This document shows positions 38,100 through 45,930 of a stretch of 64,000 nucleotides of DNA, in pieces. A program made the translations under genes and the position numbers. The stretch is taken from NCBI GenBank assembly GCA_019637335.1, contig JAHBVV010000018.1, positions 64,107 to 128,106 of the forward strand. Reading direction: 5' to 3'. Each line of letters begins with the position of its first letter. Position 1 is the first letter of the stretch. The notes under the pieces were generated by a model. That model did not search any database. It was not told where the DNA came from and was given only the letters and a program-made list of their open reading frames with translations. The stretch comes from Candidatus Hydrogenedentota bacterium. Lineage in GTDB: Bacteria > Hydrogenedentota > Hydrogenedentia > Hydrogenedentales > JAEUWI01.

Positions 38100-38730
38100 G
38101 CCTCTGGCCGCAACCGAAGAAATGATCACCACGAAGGGCACGAAGACCACGAAGAGAAAGAGAGTTGAAGCTTTGACCTCAGAGAACGCAGAGAGCGCAG
38201 AGAACGCAGAGAGCGCAGAGAGCGCAGAGGATGGCTCTTGTACGCAGATGAAGTAGGTGGTTGAATGAGGGTGCGTTTTTGACCACGAATGGACACCAAT
38301 GCACACGAATGCGCCTCGAGCAGCCACTGGCCGCGATCAGGATTTGTGACCACGGATGACACGGATGACACGGATAGCAATTGGTTCCGGTCGTTGAGGC
38401 GTGCCGGCGGCTGCGTGCGATTTTCGACGCAGCCTGTTCGGATTGCCCAGCATCGAAATGGTAGCGGAGTGGATCGGGCGGCGGGCTGCTTCTTCTTGTT
38501 TGTTTCGAGTGCCGCTTCAATCCGTGTCATCGGTGTAATCCGTGGGCAAGAAAAGAATTTCGACCACGAAACTTGCGGAACGGCCGGGAGATACTCCTTG
38601 GATCTATCGCTTCGTAAATGCTTTTACAACAGACGGTTATATGGATCTTGAACGAAAGAACTTGCTGAAAAAACAAGAAAATGACGGATAGTAGTACGAA
38701 GGGCACGAAGAGAAGAAGTTTGAGAAGGAT
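38100..38730. repeat. Composite intergenic repeat element, copy C (same family as copies A and B)
   Basis: Modules atgatcaccacgaagggcacgaagaccacgaagag (38118-38157), five GCAGAGARC tandem units (38186-38229), accacgaatggacaccaatgcacacgaatgcgcc (38282-38315), tgtgaccacggatgacacggatgacacggatag...ttccggtcgttgaggc (38344-38400), and tacgaagggcacgaagagaagaagtttgagaagg (38694-38727). Confidence 0.55.
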
Positions 38731-38916
38731 AGGCATTCACGCAAAGGCGTCGGCGCGGACTTCACGCCTTCCTGATTCAATTGAACCATAACTACACACG
38801 GGGTAGCCTCAGGCGGCTGCCGAAAGAAGACAGGACGCGATTTACGCGAAAGTGGGAATCCAGTGGGATTCTCGGGCAAGCGTGTTTGTGTTTCCAGGTG
38901 TGCGCGTTCGCGGCGA

Positions 38917-39840
38917 TTACCGGGCGGCAGCGCCCAGCAGATCCTTCAGTGCGCCGGCCAGGTCCGGGTAGGCGAATTCATAGCCGGATTCCAACAATCG
39001 CACCGGAATAACCCGCCGGCTCTTCAGGACGAGCTCCGTTTCCGTCCGGATAATGGTCGCGCCCGCCTCCAGGAGCCACGTGGGCAGCGGCAGCCCCAGA
39101 GGCATCCCGCAGGCGCGGCGCAATGCGTGCATGAACTCGGCGTTCAACACCGGGGCGGGCGCCGCCAGGTTAACCGTGCCCGCGATCGTTTCGTGGCGGA
39201 TAATGTGATCCGCCATCCGCGCGAAATCCGCCTCGTGCAGCCAGCTTACGTACTGCCGGCCATTTCCCTGGCGCCCGCCGACACCAAGCCGCGCGAGCAC
39301 CCGCATCGGCGTCAAGGCCCCGCCGCCCCGCCCCAGAACGATCGCGGTGCGCAGCGCAACCCGGCGCACGGTTCCTGGTATGGGCGCATCGAAGAACGTT
39401 TGCTCCCAGCGCTGGCAGACTTCCACTGAAAACCCTTCGCCGATCTCTCCGGTCGGCTCGTCCATGTTCCGGTCTTCCGCATGGCGGTATATTGTTCCCG
39501 AGGATGCGTTCATCCACAGCCGGGGCGGATGGGCGCAGGCCGCCACGGCCTCCGCGAGCATCCGTGTGGATTCCAGGCGTGAACTGTATATTGCCCTCCG
39601 GTTTGCTTTCGTGTAGCGGCAGTCCACCGACTTCCCGCTCAGGTTGATCAGCACAGCCGCGCCCTCCAGGTGCGCTGCCCACGGTCCGGGAGTTCTCCCG
39701 TCCCAGGCGAGCACGCCGCCCGGTCCCCGCGCATGACCGGGCCGGCGAGTGAGTGTGTATACCTCGTGGCCCGCCTCCGTGAAATAGCGCCGAAGCACCT
39801 GGCCCAGGAATCCACTTCCGCCCGCGACGACAAGCTTCAT
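38917..39840 (-). CDS. Epimerase-family protein (SDR39U1/YfcH-like NAD-dependent epimerase with DUF1731 C-terminal domain)
   Basis: N-terminal VAGGSGFLG Rossmann motif. 307 aa, the typical length for this family. ATGA overlap with the upstream TetR gene. Confidence 0.65.
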   Translation of the reverse strand: MKLVVAGGSGFLGQVLRRYFTEAGHEVYTLTRRPGHARGPGGVLAWDGRTPGPWAAHLEGAAVLINLSGKSVDCRYTKANRRAIYSSRLESTRMLAEAVAACAHPPRLWMNASSGTIYRHAEDRNMDEPTGEIGEGFSVEVCQRWEQTFFDAPIPGTVRRVALRTAIVLGRGGGALTPMRVLARLGVGGRQGNGRQYVSWLHEADFARMADHIIRHETIAGTVNLAAPAPVLNAEFMHALRRACGMPLGLPLPTWLLEAGATIIRTETELVLKSRRVIPVRLLESGYEFAYPDLAGALKDLLGAAAR

Positions 39841-40532
39841 CGCCCATCCTCCGCCGCCGGGGCCGCGCTTGTGGCGAGCTCCACAATGCGCGCGGCGGCC
39901 TGGCTGATTCCGCCCATGAAGGGCAGTGCGGTGGCCTGGATGAGTTTCTGGATCAGCCCGAGGCTCACGGAAATCAACTCCCGGGTGCGTTGCTGGTTGG
40001 CGGAGGCGTCGTTCACCCAGAACAGAATGACGCCCATCTGGTAGAGCCAGAGGATGCGCGCCAGGTGCGGGCGGATTACCGCGTTGGCCTTCAGGTTGCT
40101 CCCCTCCAGCGCCTGCTCGATCAGCGCGATGGCTTCGTCGCGCACGGGCTTGGTGTTCGGGCTGAACGGGGAAAGCGGGTGGCTCCAGTCCGCCGCGTGC
40201 CGCGCGAGCACGGTGGTCAGGGCGCGAAACGGGGCCATCTGCGCGAGCTTGAACTCGATCAGGGCCGCCATGCGCTGCTGAAAATCCTTCGAGGCCGCCA
40301 CAATCTCCCAGTTGTGATCCCGGGCCTCCGCGCCGGTGTGCGCGTAAAAGTGCAGCACGAGTTCGTCTTTCGTGCGGAAGTAGTAGTAGGCGGCGCCCAG
40401 GGACATGCCCGCCTCGCTGGCGATCATGCGCATGGTGGTCTTGTCGAAGCCATGGGTTTGGAAGAGTTCCAGGGCGGTGGCGAGGATATGGGACTGGGTG
40501 GCTTCGCTCTTGGCGGTTTTTTTGGGGGGCAT
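39837..40532 (-). CDS. TetR/AcrR family transcriptional regulator
   Basis: N-terminal ILATALELFQTHGFDKTTMRMIASEAGMSLGAAYYYFRTKDEL is the TetR HTH signature. Confidence 0.75.
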   Translation of the reverse strand: MPPKKTAKSEATQSHILATALELFQTHGFDKTTMRMIASEAGMSLGAAYYYFRTKDELVLHFYAHTGAEARDHNWEIVAASKDFQQRMAALIEFKLAQMAPFRALTTVLARHAADWSHPLSPFSPNTKPVRDEAIALIEQALEGSNLKANAVIRPHLARILWLYQMGVILFWVNDASANQQRTRELISVSLGLIQKLIQATALPFMGGISQAAARIVELATSAAPAAEDGR

Positions 40533-40599
40533 GGTCTGGCCTTTCTGGTTTGAACACGTTCAAAGTATAGCCCGGGAAAGGGCCGCTGTCAAGCAGAAC

Positions 40600-40642
40600 C
40601 CGCAAAGAAAAAGCGGCCCGCATCCACTGCTGGATGCGGGCC
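40600..40642 (-). terminator. Rho-independent terminator downstream of the minus-strand multiheme cytochrome operon
   Basis: On the minus strand: gcggcccgcatccagcagtggatgcgggccgc (13-bp perfect stem) followed by tttttcttt. Confidence 0.55.
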
Positions 40643-40668
40643 GCATAATGGGCAGTCTGGAGGAGCGC

Positions 40669-41277
40669 TTACTCCTGCTTCGCCTTCATCGGGTTCGGGT
40701 GCTCGATGATTTTCACCGCCTGCTCGTAGTCGAAGCCGGCCTTGGAGCCGTCTTCCTTCGTGTATTTTTCAGGATCCCAGGTGGGGCTTTCTTCATTGTG
40801 GCACTGGAGGCAGAGGGACTCCTCGACTTTCAGGAGGTTCGCCATCCAGTCGACCTCCTCCGAAGTTTTCTTCTTGAACATGACGTCCTTGCCTTCGGCG
40901 ACGTGGAATTCGCCGGGGCCGTGGCAGGTTTCGCACTGGACGCCCATTTCGGGCTTAATCTTTGCCGGCGCGGCCATGGCCTGGAAGTCGTAGGCCGTGA
41001 CGTGGCACTTGAGGCACTCGGGGGCTTCGTGCGGGGGCTTGGTCATGCCGCGCTCCTGCGCGACCTTCAGCGCCGCCTCGCTCTTGAGGTTTTCGAAGGC
41101 CTTGGAGTGTTTCTCCGCCTTCCAGGCGGTGAACTGGGCGCCTTCGGGCTTCTTGTCGTGGCAGACCTTGCACTGATCCGCGCCAATGTACTCGGGTTTC
41201 TTGTCCTGGGCGTGCGCGACGCCCGCAGCCAGCATCAGAGCGACCGCGCCGATGAGACCTTTACGGAAGAATTGCAT
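40669..41277 (-). CDS. Periplasmic tetraheme cytochrome c
   Basis: aaggagg RBS; signal peptide; four CxxCH (CKVCH, CLKCH, CETCH, CLQCH); 202 aa. Confidence 0.75.
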   Translation of the reverse strand: MQFFRKGLIGAVALMLAAGVAHAQDKKPEYIGADQCKVCHDKKPEGAQFTAWKAEKHSKAFENLKSEAALKVAQERGMTKPPHEAPECLKCHVTAYDFQAMAAPAKIKPEMGVQCETCHGPGEFHVAEGKDVMFKKKTSEEVDWMANLLKVEESLCLQCHNEESPTWDPEKYTKEDGSKAGFDYEQAVKIIEHPNPMKAKQE

Positions 41278-41415
41278 GGTACCTCCTTCAATTTCTGATT
41301 TTTGTCCTGGCAATGCGTGGCTGCCCGCGCAATACCTCCAAGTATAGCGCACATTCACCGCGCGCGAAACTTTTTTGTGCGCGAACCCCGCGAACTGGAC
41401 GCGGGACGGCGCGAA

Positions 41416-42549
41416 CTATTCATGGCACACCCGGCAGGCGACCGAATTGTTGGTCGGGTGCGGGGCGCGGTGCGGCAGCCCGCCCGGGTGGCACTCGGCG
41501 CAATTCGTCGGGAAGATGCCCAGGGTGTGCGGCGACCGGGTCGACGTCCGGTGCTCGATGTTTTCATGGCAGACGGTGCAGGAGGTTTCCTGCGCGGGGA
41601 AGTGGCAGGAGACGCAGTGCTGGTTGCGCGAGCCGCCGAATCCGGCGCGATGGGAGCGCGGCGCGGTCTTCTCGTGGCATTTGATGCAGGAGTCTTCCTC
41701 GTGGCAGACGGCGCAGCTCTCGCGGTTGATGAGGGCCTGGAGGCCATGGGGTTTGCGGCGCCAGGCGATGGTGTGGTTTTGCGGCTTCTCTCGGCTGTGG
41801 CAATCGTCGCAGGTGGCCACCGTATCGTGGCACATGGCGCAATACTGTGGGTCGAACTGGGCCTCTTTACCGTGTATTTTCAGCCAGAGGTCCGGCGAGT
41901 CGTGCGCGATGCGCGCGCCGCTGCGGAACTTGGGGCGGGTTTCCTCGGTGATCTCGGAGTGGCAAATCGCGCATTCGTTGGCGACAAAGGCGATATTGGG
42001 CTCGCCCGACTCCAGCATGGGCGCGTCGCTGGTCTTGTGGCAATCCATGCACCAGGGCATGAGCGGGCCCTTCGGGAGATCGGGGATTTCGCCGGGGGTC
42101 TTGTGGCACTCCATGCAGGAGATTTCCGCGTCCATGTGCTCGGCGTGTCCGAAGATGGTCTCCACGCTCATGCGCTTGACCAGGGGATCGACCGACTGGT
42201 CGTCGCGGGTGTGGCAGAAGCTGCACGCGGCCCGGTCGGCGGCCGGGACGTTTTCCTGGGCTTCGACCGCCATCACGACGTCGAGATCGATCTCGTGGCA
42301 GATACTGCACAGGTCGTGACCGGGCATCACGTGCGCGGCGTCTTCCCAGATGTGGCAGGTGGTGCAGTCGAGCTGCTGTTCGATATGCGCGTTGTGGCCG
42401 GACTTGAGGCCGCGGCTGTGCGGTTCCGGCGCCGCGGCGCGCCCGAAGAGGGCGCCGCCGAAGATGAACGCGGCGCAGTAGAGCGCCACCCCGGCTGCCA
42501 GGGTCCAGCGGAAGCCCCGCCCGCGGATTATTTCCATTCCATTCTTCAT
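41416..42549 (-). CDS. Multiheme cytochrome c with about 14 CxxCH motifs; N-terminal signal/anchor
   Basis: 14 CxxCH motifs counted in 377 aa, about one heme per 27 aa. Start codon overlaps the stop of the upstream beta-barrel gene (TAATG). Confidence 0.8.
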   Translation of the reverse strand: MKNGMEIIRGRGFRWTLAAGVALYCAAFIFGGALFGRAAAPEPHSRGLKSGHNAHIEQQLDCTTCHIWEDAAHVMPGHDLCSICHEIDLDVVMAVEAQENVPAADRAACSFCHTRDDQSVDPLVKRMSVETIFGHAEHMDAEISCMECHKTPGEIPDLPKGPLMPWCMDCHKTSDAPMLESGEPNIAFVANECAICHSEITEETRPKFRSGARIAHDSPDLWLKIHGKEAQFDPQYCAMCHDTVATCDDCHSREKPQNHTIAWRRKPHGLQALINRESCAVCHEEDSCIKCHEKTAPRSHRAGFGGSRNQHCVSCHFPAQETSCTVCHENIEHRTSTRSPHTLGIFPTNCAECHPGGLPHRAPHPTNNSVACRVCHE

Positions 42550-44222
42550 TAGAATCGTATCCGGTAGCCGGCCCGGAGCCGCCAGTATGGCGAATCGGGC
42601 GCATCATCTTCCTCGAAGGATACCTTGGCGAATAGCTCCTGGTCCTTCCGGAACTCCCATTCGATATCGGTAAAAATGCTGTAAACGTTCTCGCGCGTAT
42701 CCACCACCCGGGTCGCCGCGTATTGCGCGAAGAATGACCTGCCGGGATAGACGCCGGGAAGCAGGGCGACGATCGCGTCGTTCAGTCGCGCGGTGCGGTA
42801 GTCATACTCGATGACGCGATCCTTGTAGCGCACGAAATCGACCCCCGCGCGCCACTTCACGGTTTCCCACTTCCGCTCGACCTCGCCGGTCACGGTCCAG
42901 TAGCCCTCGCCCTCCGAGGTGTCCCAGTATTCGAGGGAGGTGGAGACATCGAATTCGCGGTACAGGTCTTCGACGTACAGGACGGTGGCGAGGCGGTAGT
43001 AGTCGCGGCTGCCGGTGTAGAAGTCGTCGTTTTTCGCGTCGCGGATTTCGCCTTCCAGGGAGAGGGTGACCCGCTTGGTGATTGGGCGGTGCAGGCCGAT
43101 GTAGAGGGTCTTGTGTTGCCGGTACTGGCCCAGGATTTGGTAGAAGGGCGAGAGATCCGCCGTGGTGTCGCCGGTCGTGTCGAAAAGCTGGCGGTAATCC
43201 ACGTCGTAGAGGAGATCCAGCCGCGGTATGTAGCCGTTGAGGCTGAGCACGAGTTCGTTCACGTCGCCTCCGAGCGTGCCCAGGCGCGCGAAGAGGCGGG
43301 TGTTTACGCCGAAGCTGTGCCAGAGGCTCAGGGTCACGCGGCTGTCATTGATTTCATTGGCGATGGGCCGGTTGAAGCCGCCCAGCAGGGAACTCCGGCG
43401 CGCGCGGGCGACGCCATAGCGGCTTTCCTCGGCATAGTAGCCGTCCAGCGCGAGGCGCGTGTGGACGCCCGGTATAAAGGCGACGCCGCCGCCGAGCACG
43501 AGATCGTCCGAGGTGTCGCGGTATATGGAGGCGCGGGCGCCGATGAAGCCGTACCACTCGAGCCGGTCGTGGCGCTTCTTGAGGTACAGCCCGTCCACCC
43601 GGTTGTAGGTCGCGCCCTCGCGGATGCGGTGCCGCCCCAGGCGCAGCACGGATTGATCGCCCAACACGCCGTCGATGTCGGCGTACAGGTAGAGCAGCCG
43701 CGCCTGCACATCGGAGGCGGACGCGTCGTTGATGTCGCGCAGGGTATTGGGTTTTCCGCGGTCCGAGGAGAGGTCCTGGTGCAGCCAGAGCGATCCGCGC
43801 AGGTGCAGCCGGGGCATTTGGGGCGGGTCCATCTCCAGGCGCAGATACTCGCTCAGGTCCCAGTCGTTTCCGCCGCCGGAGATAACACTGTCGATTTCCG
43901 CCTCAAAGGAGCCGCGATACCAGGGCGCGGTGGCGGCCCGCGTTTCCGGCGCTTCCCCCGCGTCGGGCGGGGTTTCACCCGAGTCCTCTTCCGCGGGCGC
44001 TTCGTCGCCCTCGCTCTCGGGAGCCGCATCCTCCGGCGGCGCTTCGGCCGCCGCCTCCGGACTGGCGGCCTCCTCGACGACCGTATCCGGCGCGGCTTCG
44101 GCGTCCTGGGCGCGGGCGGCCGGGTGGAAGCAGGCGGCGATCAGCAGGATCAACAAGGCGATCCCCCCGCCGCAACGTTTCGCTTCGTGCCTTCGAGAAA
44201 GCAACGCCCGTAACCTTTCCAT
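42549..44222 (-). CDS. Putative outer-membrane beta-barrel (porin-like) protein encoded between multiheme cytochrome genes
   Basis: Signal peptide (…LLILLIAACFHPAARA-QD). Acidic A/E/P-rich N-terminal linker. Long stretch of alternating hydrophobic/polar residues rich in Y/R/D. C-terminal …YRIRF matches the OMP beta-signal (terminal Phe, hydrophobics at -3/-5). Start assigned at MERLR; the six-frame ORF extends further upstream without a signal peptide. Confidence 0.5.
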   Translation of the reverse strand: MERLRALLSRRHEAKRCGGGIALLILLIAACFHPAARAQDAEAAPDTVVEEAASPEAAAEAPPEDAAPESEGDEAPAEEDSGETPPDAGEAPETRAATAPWYRGSFEAEIDSVISGGGNDWDLSEYLRLEMDPPQMPRLHLRGSLWLHQDLSSDRGKPNTLRDINDASASDVQARLLYLYADIDGVLGDQSVLRLGRHRIREGATYNRVDGLYLKKRHDRLEWYGFIGARASIYRDTSDDLVLGGGVAFIPGVHTRLALDGYYAEESRYGVARARRSSLLGGFNRPIANEINDSRVTLSLWHSFGVNTRLFARLGTLGGDVNELVLSLNGYIPRLDLLYDVDYRQLFDTTGDTTADLSPFYQILGQYRQHKTLYIGLHRPITKRVTLSLEGEIRDAKNDDFYTGSRDYYRLATVLYVEDLYREFDVSTSLEYWDTSEGEGYWTVTGEVERKWETVKWRAGVDFVRYKDRVIEYDYRTARLNDAIVALLPGVYPGRSFFAQYAATRVVDTRENVYSIFTDIEWEFRKDQELFAKVSFEEDDAPDSPYWRLRAGYRIRF

Positions 44223-44248
44223 GTGCCGGTGTGCCGGCGTTTGCGCGA

Positions 44249-45316
44249 TCAGGGCCGCGCCCCGAGCATTTCGTAAAGGGATTGCAGGTATTCGTTGTTG
44301 GCCCGATCCGCGGGATTGTGCGCGGTCCCGGAACCCGGCGCGCTGGAATCGTGGCAACCGGTCACGCCGGCGCACGAATTGGGCGGCGCGGGCGTGACGC
44401 CTTGCGCCACGGCGTCGTTCGTGGCGATGGGCGGAATGGTAAACAGCGAGTGGTCGTGCCCCGCCGCGCCGCCGGCGTCCAGCGGCGGGAGGTGACAGCT
44501 CGTGCAGCGGCTTGCGCCCGACCCCGCCGGATCGACCGGATGGAAGGGGCCGGTGTGAAAATCGACGTCCGCGTCGGTCCGGAAGCCGAGCTGCGCACTC
44601 TGGTGGCACTGCAGACAGAGGCGGTTGTCCGCCGGATTGGCGCGGAACATGTCGCCCTGGTGCATGTTGTGGCAGCTTGCGCAGGTGGCCACGTCCAGCT
44701 GCGCGTGGGTGCTCGCGGCGAAGCCCGCCACGGCGCCCTCGTGGCACTCGCCACAGAGCATGGCGTAGTTTTCGCTGCCGAACCGGGCGGGCGAAGTGGC
44801 GCTGATCGCCATGCCTCCCTGCTTGTGCACGTTGTGGCAATCGGTGCAGGTTGCGGCGCCCGCGTTGAAGTGCGCGGTCCGCAGGAAGCCGCTCACCGAA
44901 TCACCGCCCGGCGTCGTGGTGTCCGCGTGGCATTCGGTACACGCCGCGTGCCGCTTTTCGAATGGCAGGCGCCCGGGATTATCGATGAAGAGGCCGAAAC
45001 GCCCGCCGTTGCGGACATGCCGCAGGCCGGGGCCGTGGCAGGTTTCGCAGGAGATGGACTTGTGGGGCCCCTGGAAGTGCTCGCGCTGGTCGCTTGCGCT
45101 GCGGCCGTCGTGGCAGGCCATACAGGTGGCCGTGCCGACCTCGCCGGGCCCCAGTGCGGTCCCGCGGCATCCGTCCACGCCCAGCCCGAGCAATGCGGCC
45201 GCCGCCAGGCCGAATCCTCCCAGCGCCGCGCGCGCGCGCCGCATGCGGCGGCGTGGCGAGGCCGCCGCGATTACACCGCGCACCCCCTCCCCCATTCCCA
45301 AATTACGGTCCACCAT
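44249..45316 (-). CDS. Octaheme c-type cytochrome (periplasmic; start uncertain)
   Basis: Eight CxxCH (CMACH, CETCH, CTECH, CTDCH, CGECH, CASCH, CLQCH, CTSCH) plus one CX5CH-like site. Hydrophobic N-region RRARAALGGFGLAAAALLGLG. Alternative starts at 45295 or 45244. Confidence 0.65.
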   Translation of the reverse strand: MVDRNLGMGEGVRGVIAAASPRRRMRRARAALGGFGLAAAALLGLGVDGCRGTALGPGEVGTATCMACHDGRSASDQREHFQGPHKSISCETCHGPGLRHVRNGGRFGLFIDNPGRLPFEKRHAACTECHADTTTPGGDSVSGFLRTAHFNAGAATCTDCHNVHKQGGMAISATSPARFGSENYAMLCGECHEGAVAGFAASTHAQLDVATCASCHNMHQGDMFRANPADNRLCLQCHQSAQLGFRTDADVDFHTGPFHPVDPAGSGASRCTSCHLPPLDAGGAAGHDHSLFTIPPIATNDAVAQGVTPAPPNSCAGVTGCHDSSAPGSGTAHNPADRANNEYLQSLYEMLGARP

Positions 45317-45401
45317 GTTCCCTCGCCGATCCAACCCGTTTCTCCGCCCGCCCAGCAGCCGCCGGAGACTACGCTGGCGTATCCCGGTCTTGCGGCATTG
45401 G

Positions 45402-45604
45402 CTGTCTGGCGCCAGACAGTAAGCAATCTTGTTGCCAACTCCCGAACGGAGTGGCGCTTGGTTCCCAATGGCGTTCACGCTAGCACGAACGCGCGAGCAA
45501 GTCAAACAAAACTACCTTGCGAAACGAACCGATCTGGTGTAAGGTGGAGCAGTAACCGGCGCACTACTGTGCAATTGAGCAGGCGCCGGGTGTTCAATTG
45601 AACA
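45402..45604. promoter_or_regulatory. Divergent promoter region of the cytochrome cluster with two perfect palindromes
   Basis: ctgtctggcgccagacag (45402-45419; 18 nt) and tgttcaattgaaca (45591-45604; 14 nt). Both lie in the about 600-bp intergenic gap between the minus-strand octaheme operon and the plus-strand decaheme gene. Confidence 0.3.
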
Positions 45605-45930
45605 CATCGAGATCACTTCTGAGCGACGGGGGGAATCCGGACCCGATAGTGAGTGACGGAAATGGCCGAAAATGCGCGGGTAGACGGGCAAATCGAGGGC
45701 CGGGGAAGCAGACGGTAATCTTGGCATGGAAACGGCTTGCATTGCAGGTTAGATAGCCAGCATCAGGGCAGCAAATGGCCATGGCGGCTGTCGAATTGGA
45801 AGTGTGTCGCATCGGATCCGCATGGGGTCGGCTTCGGTCGTGGCGACCACGGCGCCGGAGAGCGAGTTGGGAATCCGCCCGTAGAGGGCGTTCAGGAACG
45901 CACGGGGAACCGTGAAGGGAGAATCAGGTT

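Noticed and set aside
38186-38229. Possible CRISPR-like short tandem repeats (GCAGAGARC x5).
   Set aside because: The units are 10 bp, directly abutting with no spacers, and sit inside a dispersed repeat. This is a microsatellite/VNTR, not a CRISPR array.
38917-40623. 568-aa minus-strand ORF.
   Set aside because: The upstream extension has no domain and no RBS, and it overlaps the TetR regulator, which has a clear HTH signature. The gene was truncated to the 307-aa epimerase-family protein starting at MKLVVAGG (39840).
42549-44840. N-terminal 206-aa extension of the beta-barrel ORF.
   Set aside because: The extension is Arg/Pro/His-rich with no signal peptide. A canonical signal peptide begins at MERLR (44222), so that was taken as the start.
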